Source of the DNA: Thermoplasmatota archaeon
GTDB lineage: Archaea; Thermoplasmatota; Penumbrarchaeia; Penumbrarchaeales; Penumbrarchaeaceae
Length of the DNA: 64,000 nt
Reading direction: 5' to 3'
Assembly: GCA_965234725.1 (NCBI GenBank)
Contig: CBDDUX010000029.1
Coordinates: 1,752-65,751, forward strand
The position numbers and the translations under genes were made by a program. How positions within the stretch are numbered: position 1 is the first letter of the stretch; each line of letters begins with the position of its first letter. The notes under the pieces are model-generated. The model ran no database searches. It was given only the letters and a program-made list of their open reading frames with translations, and had not been told where the DNA came from. Positions 28,456 through 36,910 of this stretch are shown piece by piece.

Positions 28456-29427
28456 ATGGGGGGCCGAGCAAGACCTAAGATATACTGCAGTAGATGTTTG
28501 GAACATGCTAAGTGCAGGTATGACGGTTCCGTCATAGGTTCGGAGATAGTGAAGAAGCTCATGGACCATAGTGATATCATCCATGATTGCCCGGAAATGG
28601 CTATTGGACTAGGAGTTCCGAGGGCCCCGGTAAAGGTATACGAAGATGATTCGGGATATCATCTATATCAGACCTCAACAGACTTGGATCACACTGAGAG
28701 AATGACATCTTTTGTCAAGGAAAAGCTCGATGGTCTCGAAGAGGTCGATGGTTTCATCCTGAAGGCAAAATCGCCCTCATGCGGGTTGGATGATGTCAAG
28801 ATCTACGGTTCAAAAGAAAGGGGAGCACAAAAGAGGATGGGGTCCGGATTCTTTGGTATGGAGGTGACCCGAAGATTCCCGCATCTGGCTGTTGAAACTG
28901 AGAAACGGTTGACAGATGACAGGATCAGGGACCATTTCCTGACAAAATTGTTCACCAACGCCCGGTTCAGGATCACCCGGGAGGAGTCAACTCCAAGATC
29001 CCTCATAGAATTCCATTCCAGGTCAAAATACCTGCTTATGGCCTACAACCAGACAATTTTGAGGGAGATGGGGAGGACGGTTTCCAAACAGAAGGAGATC
29101 GGGATCGAAAGTGCCTTACAGGAATATGGAAAACAACTTGGAGCGGCCCTTCAAAAGGGACCAAGGTTTACATCTAATATCAATGTCTCGATGCACTGTT
29201 TCGGATACTTCTCCTCTCAATTGACCAAAGAAGAAAGGTCCTTCTTCCTTGATTCAATAGACCTTTACAGGGATGACAGGATCCCGCTGACAACCTTGAA
29301 GTCGATAATGAGATCATGGATCCTGAGGTTCGATGTGAAATATCTTTTAGACCAGTATTATTTCCAACCTTACCCGATAGAACTCGTCCGATCATTCGAT
29401 GAAAAACGAGACAGGGAGCTCTGGTGA
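28456..29427 (+). CDS. DUF523 (TudS-like Cys-rich) + DUF1722 (YbgA-like) fusion protein
   Basis: N-terminal half CSRCLEHAKCRYDGS...DCPEMAIGLGVPR...KAKSPSCG (DUF523 cysteines). C-terminal half ...LIEFHSRSKYLLMAYNQ...HCFGYFS... (DUF1722). Overlaps the photolyase start by 4 nt. Confidence 0.75.
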   Translation: MGGRARPKIYCSRCLEHAKCRYDGSVIGSEIVKKLMDHSDIIHDCPEMAIGLGVPRAPVKVYEDDSGYHLYQTSTDLDHTERMTSFVKEKLDGLEEVDGFILKAKSPSCGLDDVKIYGSKERGAQKRMGSGFFGMEVTRRFPHLAVETEKRLTDDRIRDHFLTKLFTNARFRITREESTPRSLIEFHSRSKYLLMAYNQTILREMGRTVSKQKEIGIESALQEYGKQLGAALQKGPRFTSNINVSMHCFGYFSSQLTKEERSFFLDSIDLYRDDRIPLTTLKSIMRSWILRFDVKYLLDQYYFQPYPIELVRSFDEKRDRELW

Positions 29428-30770
29428 TGACAGGAGACCCGAGGATCAGGAGGCTCAACGAGAATCCGATCCAGGATGGCCGATACGTCCTATATTGGAT
29501 GCAGCAATCCCAGAGAGTACACTATAACCATGCCCTCATGAGAGCATCATACTGGTCCATCAATCTTGACCTTCCCCTTGTGGTATATTTCGGATTGACG
29601 GATGAATATCCTGAATCCAACCTTAGACATCACATGTTCATGCTGGAGGGTCTGATGCAAGTGGAAGAGGACCTTCAGCAGCTGGGTATCAAATTCGTGA
29701 TCAAAAAGACCAAGCCTGAAATTGGTGCCATCGAGATGTCAAAGGAAGCTGCAATTACTATCTGTGATATGGGTTATCTCAGACATCAAAGGGAGTGGAG
29801 AAATAAGCTGGCATCTCACTCCAAATGCCTTCTTGAAATGGTCGAGTCGGATGTGATCATCCCCGTGGAAGAGGCATATCCCAGGGAAGCATATTCGGCA
29901 GCTGTCCTCCGGCCCAGGATCCATGAACATCTGGATGAACAACTGGTAGTTCCTAGAGAACTTTGGCCCGATCGGGATTCCCTTGATATGGAGTTCGATT
30001 CCATTGATATCAACTATCCGGGGAGTATCTTGAAGGATATGGACATTGACGATTCCGTAGAGCCTGTAGAGATGTTCATAGGTGGTGGAGGGGAGGCAAA
30101 TCTGAAGCTCCACAACTTCATTGAGAACAAGCTTGACAGGTATTCAGTTGAGAGAAATGACCCTTCGAAGGGCATCCAATCCGACCTGTCACCTTACCTG
30201 CATTTCGGACAGATATCTCCTCTATTTGTAACGATGAAGATCATGAATCAGGGCGGGGAAGGGGGAGATGCGTTCCTGGAAGAATTGATCGTCAGAAGGG
30301 AGCTTGCCATGAACCTTTCTCATTACAATCCCAATTATGATACGTTCGATTGTCTGCCCGAATGGGCAGTAACCACTCTTGAGGACCATTCATCTGATCA
30401 AAGAGAATATATCTACTCGCTTGAGGCACTGGAGAACGCCGAGACACATGATCCTTACTGGAATGCGGCCCAGAAGGAGATGGTGGTTACAGGAAAGATG
30501 CATAATTACATGAGGATGTACTGGGGTAAGAAGATACTCGAGTGGACCCATGACCCGAGGGAAGCATTCGATCGGGCCATCTTCCTGAACAATAAATACA
30601 ACCTCGATGGAAGGGATCCGAACTCATTTGCAGGCGTGGCCTGGTGTTTTGGAAAACATGACAGGCCTTGGAAGAAAAGACCGGTGTTCGGAAGTGTCCG
30701 TTACATGAATGATAAGGGTCTGATAAGGAAGTTCGACATGGAACCGTATGTGAGAAAGTTCGGAGGTTGA
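29424..30770 (+). CDS. phr: Deoxyribodipyrimidine (CPD) photolyase, class II
   Basis: RIRRLN...GRYVLYWMQQSQRVHYNHAL..., LDRYSVERNDPSKGIQSDLSPYLHFGQISP, THDPYWNAAQKEMVVTGKMHNYMRMYWGKKILEW...LDGRDPNSFAGVAW all match class II photolyases such as the Methanosarcina enzyme. Confidence 0.93.
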   Translation: MMTGDPRIRRLNENPIQDGRYVLYWMQQSQRVHYNHALMRASYWSINLDLPLVVYFGLTDEYPESNLRHHMFMLEGLMQVEEDLQQLGIKFVIKKTKPEIGAIEMSKEAAITICDMGYLRHQREWRNKLASHSKCLLEMVESDVIIPVEEAYPREAYSAAVLRPRIHEHLDEQLVVPRELWPDRDSLDMEFDSIDINYPGSILKDMDIDDSVEPVEMFIGGGGEANLKLHNFIENKLDRYSVERNDPSKGIQSDLSPYLHFGQISPLFVTMKIMNQGGEGGDAFLEELIVRRELAMNLSHYNPNYDTFDCLPEWAVTTLEDHSSDQREYIYSLEALENAETHDPYWNAAQKEMVVTGKMHNYMRMYWGKKILEWTHDPREAFDRAIFLNNKYNLDGRDPNSFAGVAWCFGKHDRPWKKRPVFGSVRYMNDKGLIRKFDMEPYVRKFGG

Positions 30771-30771
30771 G

Positions 30772-31485
30772 ATGTATACCTATCTATTATTCAACATCGC
30801 TGTGATCCTATTTCCATTCATTCTGTCATTTGACAGAAAGGTTTCATTTTTCAAAAAGTGGCCCTACCTTGCTATTTCAACAATTATGACAGATCTGATA
30901 TTCATAACATGGGACTCGGTCGTGACCGGATTGGGTCACTGGTCATTCAACGATGACCATCTCACGGGTCTGTGGGTCTTTGGCATCCCGGTCGAGGAGT
31001 TGATGTTCTTTTTCACGGTACCTTATGCGTGTCTTTTTACATATGAAGCGATAAAACACTATCTCAAGGATTGGAAGGTTCCTTTCAATAAATTTGTCAA
31101 TGTATCAATAGCAGTGGTCCTTCTGGTCACTGCGTTCTTCTACATGGACCAGGGTTATACCTTCATCGTTTTGATCTACACTGCTATCATTATCATACTA
31201 CTTTCAATGGGGAAGGTTCCTCTTCTATCCCGGAGGACATTCTGGATATACACTGCAATTACAATCTTTCTTTTCATGATATTCAACATGATACTAACAG
31301 GAATTCCGGTGGTAGAGTATGGTTCAGAATACATATGGGGAGGGGATGACCCCTGGAACGGAAGGTTCTTCACAATTCCGCTGGAGGATTTCTTCTATAA
31401 TTTTTCCATGCTATCCACTTACCTGTTGACTTACAACCTAGCCTACCGGATTATAAAAAAGAGAAGGAAAACAGATGAAGAGTGA
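30772..31485 (+). CDS. crtY: Lycopene cyclase, fused heterodimer-type (CrtYc/CrtYd lycopene-cyclase-domain protein)
   Basis: 237-aa polytopic membrane protein with two lycopene-cyclase-domain halves (..GIPVEELMFFFTVPY.. and ..FTIPLEDFFYNFSM..). Sits inside the crt cluster. Confidence 0.75.
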   Translation: MYTYLLFNIAVILFPFILSFDRKVSFFKKWPYLAISTIMTDLIFITWDSVVTGLGHWSFNDDHLTGLWVFGIPVEELMFFFTVPYACLFTYEAIKHYLKDWKVPFNKFVNVSIAVVLLVTAFFYMDQGYTFIVLIYTAIIIILLSMGKVPLLSRRTFWIYTAITIFLFMIFNMILTGIPVVEYGSEYIWGGDDPWNGRFFTIPLEDFFYNFSMLSTYLLTYNLAYRIIKKRRKTDEE

Positions 31486-32968
31486 TAGGAGAATAGCCAT
31501 TATCGGAACAGGCCTGGGTGGACTGTCTGCAGCTCTGCTACTCTCTCATAAAGGATATTCGGTGGATGTATACGAGAGACTTGAAGGCCCGGGTGGAAAG
31601 GCGAATCAGCTATGGAAGGGAGGTTTCCGGTTCGATATGGGACCTTCACTTCTAACACTTCCGGGGATTTTCTCGGACCTGCTTGAGAAAGTGGGAGAGG
31701 ACATCCATGACCACCTGGAATTCATCAGATTGGACCCCATCACCAGATATTTCTTCGATGATGGGACCATCCTGGATGCTCACTCAGATAAGGTGAGGTT
31801 TGCCGAGGAGATAGAGGAGAAACTGGGGGAGGAAAGGAATGTAGTATTAAGGTATCTGGATAAATGCAAAAGGACCTATGAAGCTTCCACACCTCTTTTC
31901 ATGTTCAAACCTCTTCACGAAACATCAACACTTGCATCAACGGATACCATCAGAGCGTTTTTTAAGACACCAAAGCTCGATGCTTTCAGAACAATGCACA
32001 AGGTCAACAGCAAATGGTTCAAGGATAAGAGAACTGTTCAGCTCTTCGACAGATACGCCACATATAACGGTTCATCACCATATCTGACACCGGCCACATT
32101 CAATCTGATACAGCATGTTGAATATGACAAGGGAGGTTATGCCGTCAAAGGAGGAATTCATTCTATCCCAAGGACCTTCAGTGAACTTGCTGAGAAAAGA
32201 GGGGCTTCATTTCATTTTAATACGGAGATAGAAACCATTGTGATAAAAGGAACCTCGGTAAAAGGAGTGATGGTTTCTGGAAAGTTGATGGAATATGATG
32301 CGGTTATCTCCAATTCGGATGTTACCTCAACATACCTAAACCTCCTCGGAGATCTTAAAAGCGGTTCTTCAAGAAAATATCAACGATTGGAACCATCCTC
32401 ATCCGGTCAGGTTTTCTATTGGGGGATAAGAAGGACCCATGATGTTCTCAAGGATAACAATATCTTCTTCTCCAAGGATTACAAGGAAGAGTTCGATGAC
32501 ATATGGAATAGAAGAATATCCCCAAAGGACCCCACTGTCTATATCAATATCACTTCAAGGACCGAACCGGATGATGCACCTTCTGGAAAGGAGAACTGGT
32601 TCGTTCTGGTCAACGTCCCCTATGACTCTGGACAGGACTGGGTCTCGGAAAGGGAAGATGTCAGGAGATCAGTATTAAAAAGACTGTCAAAACACATTCC
32701 CGACATCGAGGACGATATTGAGATCGAAGAGCATCTGGGACCTTCTGAGATAGAGAGCAGATATGGAGGAAATAAGGGATCAATATATGGAATATCCTCG
32801 AACACCAGGGCTTCTGCTTTCCTTAGACAACCCAACAGGTCCCGATCAACAAAAGGATTGTTCTTTGCAGGGGGATCTGCTCACCCCGGGGGAGGTATGC
32901 CACTTGTGGTACTCTCAGGAATCCATGCAGCGGAACTGACTGAAAGATATCTTGAAAATGGACTATGA
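31475..32968 (+). CDS. Phytoene-desaturase-family FAD oxidoreductase, CrtD-like (putative hydroxycarotenoid 3,4-desaturase)
   Basis: Dinucleotide fold IAIIGTGLGGLSAALLL...YERLEGPGGKA. C-terminal FFAGGSAHPGGGMPLV. A paralogue of the adjacent crtI but clearly divergent. Confidence 0.6.
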   Translation: MKSDRRIAIIGTGLGGLSAALLLSHKGYSVDVYERLEGPGGKANQLWKGGFRFDMGPSLLTLPGIFSDLLEKVGEDIHDHLEFIRLDPITRYFFDDGTILDAHSDKVRFAEEIEEKLGEERNVVLRYLDKCKRTYEASTPLFMFKPLHETSTLASTDTIRAFFKTPKLDAFRTMHKVNSKWFKDKRTVQLFDRYATYNGSSPYLTPATFNLIQHVEYDKGGYAVKGGIHSIPRTFSELAEKRGASFHFNTEIETIVIKGTSVKGVMVSGKLMEYDAVISNSDVTSTYLNLLGDLKSGSSRKYQRLEPSSSGQVFYWGIRRTHDVLKDNNIFFSKDYKEEFDDIWNRRISPKDPTVYINITSRTEPDDAPSGKENWFVLVNVPYDSGQDWVSEREDVRRSVLKRLSKHIPDIEDDIEIEEHLGPSEIESRYGGNKGSIYGISSNTRASAFLRQPNRSRSTKGLFFAGGSAHPGGGMPLVVLSGIHAAELTERYLENGL

Positions 32969-32984
32969 TAGGGTAGAACAATGG

Positions 32985-33713
32985 TCATCGATCGTATCTA
33001 CCTTTTCTGATCCATGGCAATCTCCACCACTGGACATATGGATACTTGTGATGCTCGAGATGATAGCCGAAATGGTAACAGGTCAGAAGTGAGATGAAAT
33101 ATGGAAAATCGGATGATATTGCATGATATCTGTTGATGTAACCTCCTTCAGGTTCACGGTGTGGGAGATAAGTCCCAAAATAGAATAGCTGCAAGGTGCT
33201 ACCAAGAGATGGGATTATCCAGAAAAGGATAAGGTTGGACCATTTCAGACCAATAATGAAGAAAAGTATGTTGAAGATTATCGCCATTCCGAATATCTGG
33301 TATAGACTGAGATATTCCTTCAAGAACTTGAGATACCAGAGAAGGAAACCTTTCTTTTTCCCATCATGATAATCCGGATCCTTCAAAGTACCTGGATATC
33401 TGTGATGCTGCATATGTTTCTTCTTCAGCTTTCTGTATGAAAAGAGCGCATAGAAGAAAATCGAGATGGAACCTATCGCTTTGTTTATCCCGGGGTTTCC
33501 CGGGGTTATGGAACCATGCATTGAATCATGAACCGTTATAAATAGGCCAGTGAAAAGGAGGGTCATCCATACTGTTCCAATTGGCAGGACCCAAACCGGT
33601 AAAGAGCTAATATCCATTGTAATGAGGAAGACAAGGCTCAAACTGAAGAGCAGAAATCCATTTATTGCTATAATAGGGGATCTGATCCCATTGAATATTG
33701 GTGGTTTGGTCAT
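32985..33713 (-). CDS. crtW: Beta-carotene 4-ketolase, CrtW type (fatty-acid-desaturase-like di-iron membrane enzyme)
   Basis: 242 aa. His boxes HDSMHG, HMQHHRYPG, HLEHHKYP. Tail LLTCYHFGYHLEHHKYPYVQWWRLP is nearly colinear with Paracoccus-type CrtW (LLTCFHFGGYHHEHHLHPTVPWWRLP). Confidence 0.85.
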   Translation of the reverse strand: MTKPPIFNGIRSPIIAINGFLLFSLSLVFLITMDISSLPVWVLPIGTVWMTLLFTGLFITVHDSMHGSITPGNPGINKAIGSISIFFYALFSYRKLKKKHMQHHRYPGTLKDPDYHDGKKKGFLLWYLKFLKEYLSLYQIFGMAIIFNILFFIIGLKWSNLILFWIIPSLGSTLQLFYFGTYLPHREPEGGYINRYHAISSDFPYFISLLTCYHFGYHLEHHKYPYVQWWRLPWIRKGRYDR

Positions 33714-33894
33714 CTTGTTTTCACCATAACCGAAGGACCAAATGATCCATACATATATACAGCACCGACTTAATATGAATTATCCGGATATTTAATACAA
33801 TAGAGATGGAATAATGAAAAAACAATAACTTGATGAATAACATTTGAAGAGTGAATAATTAAATAATTAAAAAACCACATTAGCAGGGGGTAAA

Positions 33895-35373
33895 ATGAGA
33901 GTAATCGTCGTAGGGGCTGGTTTCGGAGGAATGACCGCAGCAGCCCTGCTTGCAAAAGAAGGGCATGATGTAACTGTTGTCGAGAAGAACGATCAACCGG
34001 GAGGACGTGCCATTGTTCATCAGGACAAAGGGTTCGTATTCGATATGGGTCCCTCGTGGTATCTGATGCCAGAGGTTTTCGAGGACCTTTTCAGGGAATT
34101 CGGGAAGGAGGTAAACGATTACTATGAACTGAAACGACTGGACCCCAATTACAGGGTTTTCTTCTCCAGTGACAGAAGGCTGGACATAAGCGCGGACCTG
34201 GATAAGAACAAGGAACTCTTTGATAGCATTGAGGAGGAAGGGGGCAGGAAGCTTCAAGAATACCTGGACTCGGCGGCATATCAATACAAGATCGCCATGG
34301 GGGAGTTCATCTACAAGGAATACAACTCCATATTCGATTTCGCCAGCGCAAAGTTGATGATAGAGGGGACAAAGCTCCATGTATTCGACAGCCTTGATAC
34401 ATATGCAAAGAGGTTCATCAAGGATAAGGATCTGAGGAAGATACTGGAATACACAATTGTCTTCCTTGGAGGAAGCCCTCAAAAAAGTCCGGCAATGTAT
34501 GCTTTGATGTCTCATGTGGACTTCAACCTGGGAGTATGGTATCCCATGGAAGGGATGGGAAAACTTGCCCGATCTTTCAGGAAGCTGTGTGAAGAGCAGG
34601 GAGTCAAATTCAGGTTCGATGAAGAAGTCAAGGAGATCATTGTTGAAAAAGGGAGGGCAAAGGGGGTAAAAACCACCAAAAGCGAACTAAAATCGGACCT
34701 GGTGATCGTTAATGCAGATTACCCCCATGCTGAACTCGATCTACTCGGAAAGAAATACAGAACTTACAGTGAAAGATACTGGAAAAGAAAGAAGATCGCT
34801 CCCTCCTGTGTTCTTATCTATATCGGTTTGAATAAGAGAATAGAAGGATTGACACATCACAATCTTTTCCTATCACCCTCCTGGGATGAGCATTTCCAGT
34901 CGATCTTCGACAAACCTAGTTGGCCCAGTGATCCATCCTATTATATCTGCTGTCCATCCAAAACGGATCCTACTGTTGCTCCTGATGGTTGTGAGAACCT
35001 TTTCTTCCTTGTTCCTGTGGCTGCAGGTCTGGATGACACTGACCAGATAAGGGAGCGATACTTCAAGAGAACGATAGAACACCTGGAAGATCTCCTTGGT
35101 GAGAACATTAAAGACCACATCATCAGTAAGAGGGTAGTAACCCACAGGGATTTCTCGGAATTATACAATGCATACAAAGGATCTGCTCTGGGTCTGGCCC
35201 ATACACTGACCCAGACTGCCATATTCAGACCGTCGCACAGATCCAAGAGAGTAAAAGGCCTATATTATTCGGGGCAATATACACATCCGGGTATTGGCGT
35301 CCCCATGGTGTTGATATCATCAAGGATACTTGTCGAGGAGATCTTGAAAGATGAAAAAAAACAGGTTCTATGA
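33895..35373 (+). CDS. crtI: Phytoene desaturase
   Basis: MRVIVVGAGFGGMTAAALLAKEGHDVTVVEKNDQPGGRA...FDMGPSWY...GLYYSGQYTHPGIGVPMV. 492 aa. Confidence 0.88.
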   Translation: MRVIVVGAGFGGMTAAALLAKEGHDVTVVEKNDQPGGRAIVHQDKGFVFDMGPSWYLMPEVFEDLFREFGKEVNDYYELKRLDPNYRVFFSSDRRLDISADLDKNKELFDSIEEEGGRKLQEYLDSAAYQYKIAMGEFIYKEYNSIFDFASAKLMIEGTKLHVFDSLDTYAKRFIKDKDLRKILEYTIVFLGGSPQKSPAMYALMSHVDFNLGVWYPMEGMGKLARSFRKLCEEQGVKFRFDEEVKEIIVEKGRAKGVKTTKSELKSDLVIVNADYPHAELDLLGKKYRTYSERYWKRKKIAPSCVLIYIGLNKRIEGLTHHNLFLSPSWDEHFQSIFDKPSWPSDPSYYICCPSKTDPTVAPDGCENLFFLVPVAAGLDDTDQIRERYFKRTIEHLEDLLGENIKDHIISKRVVTHRDFSELYNAYKGSALGLAHTLTQTAIFRPSHRSKRVKGLYYSGQYTHPGIGVPMVLISSRILVEEILKDEKKQVL

Positions 35374-36175
35374 GATTTTCAAGAAGGGGTCAAAGACCTA
35401 CTTCTACAATTCGATATTCTTTCCGGCTAAAGTAAGGGATGATGTTTTCATCTTGTACAGCTTCGTAAGGGTTGCTGATAATCTTGTTGATGCGGTCCCC
35501 CAGAGAAAGGACGATTTCTGCAAATTCCAGGAAGATTTCTGCCGCTCATGGGATGGAGAGGTGATCGGGGACGAGGTCTTGGACTGCTTCACAAACCTTG
35601 CACATCGAAAGAAATTCGAAAAGGATTGGGTCGAAGCGTTCCTCCATTCAATGGAGCTTGACCTCACCAAATCCACCTATGATACATTGGCGGAGGTCGA
35701 GGAATACATTTACGGCTCGGCAGAGGTGGTGGGTCTGATGATGTCCAAGGTTCTGGGTGTGGATGAAGGTTTCTTCAAGCATGCCCGTTCCCTTGGTAAA
35801 GCGATGCAGTACATCAATTTCATAAGAGATATTGAGGAGGATAATCATCTGGGAAGAAGGTATCTCCCGACAGAGGAGATCGAAAAGGCGGGTCTCAGGG
35901 GTCTGAAATTCAAGGAAATTGAGAACGATAAGGATGCTTTCAGGAGATTCATCCGCTCCCAACTTGACAGGTATGAGATTTGGCAGACTGAAGCTGAAAA
36001 AGGTTTCAATGGATTGGAGAGGAGATACAGGATACCGGTCATGAACGCCTCTGACATGTATAACTGGACGGCTGGGAAGATCAGAAAGGATCCGATGGTA
36101 GTGTACAGGAAGAAGGTGAAACCATCAAAGGTAAGGATAGTGGGGAATCTGATCGGAAAGAAGTTATCGATCTGA
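35351..36175 (+). CDS. crtB: Phytoene synthase (squalene/phytoene synthase family)
   Basis: ..KTYFYNSIFFPAKVRDDVFILYSFVRVADNLVD.. and ..YIYGSAEVVGLMM...QYINFIRDIEEDNHLGRRYLP.. (the two Asp-rich regions). Overlaps the crtI end by 23 nt. Confidence 0.88.
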   Translation: MKKNRFYEIFKKGSKTYFYNSIFFPAKVRDDVFILYSFVRVADNLVDAVPQRKDDFCKFQEDFCRSWDGEVIGDEVLDCFTNLAHRKKFEKDWVEAFLHSMELDLTKSTYDTLAEVEEYIYGSAEVVGLMMSKVLGVDEGFFKHARSLGKAMQYINFIRDIEEDNHLGRRYLPTEEIEKAGLRGLKFKEIENDKDAFRRFIRSQLDRYEIWQTEAEKGFNGLERRYRIPVMNASDMYNWTAGKIRKDPMVVYRKKVKPSKVRIVGNLIGKKLSI

Positions 36176-36240
36176 AAAGATCCTCCTCGAAAGGTTTCCG
36201 GGCATGGAAAGGATACATCCCCCCTGCTATCATTTACATC

Positions 36241-36840
36241 ATGTTCTCGGTTGGGATCATCGGTCACTGGGTTCCTGCAACCCATGACCTAATGATATCC
36301 TTGACACCGATGTTCCTGTTCGGAATGGGAATATACATCATACATCCCTCCATATTGAAGAGGGATCATCGATTCCTGACATGGGTGCTGATCACCTATC
36401 TGATTACTTTTTCCATTGAAGCCATTGGTGTTGCGACGGGAGCTGTATTCGGTGAATACTCTTACGGATCAACATTGGGACTTATGGTCCTCGAAGTCCC
36501 GATAGTGATAGGATTCAACTGGGTGCTGGTGGTGGTGGGTGCGGTAATGGTTGCAAAAAAGATCTCGGGGAATATCTTTTTTGCATCGATCATTGGAGGC
36601 GGTCTATCCACTCTATTCGATTTCTTCCTTGAACCCGTGGCGATAAAACTTGACTACTGGGACTGGTCCGGAGGTAGCATTCCTGTCCAAAACTATGTTG
36701 CCTGGTTTGTGATTGCTACTGTCTTTTCCTATTCCTTCCTTAAGATGAAATTGAAGTGCAGGTCGGATCTGGCAATTCACTATCTCTTTGTCCAGGCCCT
36801 GTTCTTCATATCATTACAGATCTCTTTCATTGTTATTTGA
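36241..36840 (+). CDS. Carotenoid biosynthesis membrane protein, DUF422/Caroten_synth family (CruF-like carotenoid 1,2-hydratase candidate); N-terminus probably longer
   Basis: Motifs GAVFGEYSYGSTLG and FLEPVAIKLDYWDW. About 7 TM helices if the upstream in-frame stretch KGYIPPAIIYI (open back past 36208) is included. No canonical in-frame start lies upstream of the ATG at 36241. Confidence 0.7.
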   Translation: MFSVGIIGHWVPATHDLMISLTPMFLFGMGIYIIHPSILKRDHRFLTWVLITYLITFSIEAIGVATGAVFGEYSYGSTLGLMVLEVPIVIGFNWVLVVVGAVMVAKKISGNIFFASIIGGGLSTLFDFFLEPVAIKLDYWDWSGGSIPVQNYVAWFVIATVFSYSFLKMKLKCRSDLAIHYLFVQALFFISLQISFIVI

Positions 36841-36910
36841 TCACGGATAAACCACTTGAAAAATGTAATAAATATGAGTTCCTTTGATAGTGTGTAATGG
36901 GTGACCGACG

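Noticed and set aside
33880-34515. 211-aa minus-strand ORF
   Set aside because: It is antisense to crtI, whose plus-strand reading has unambiguous FAD-fold and CrtI motifs.
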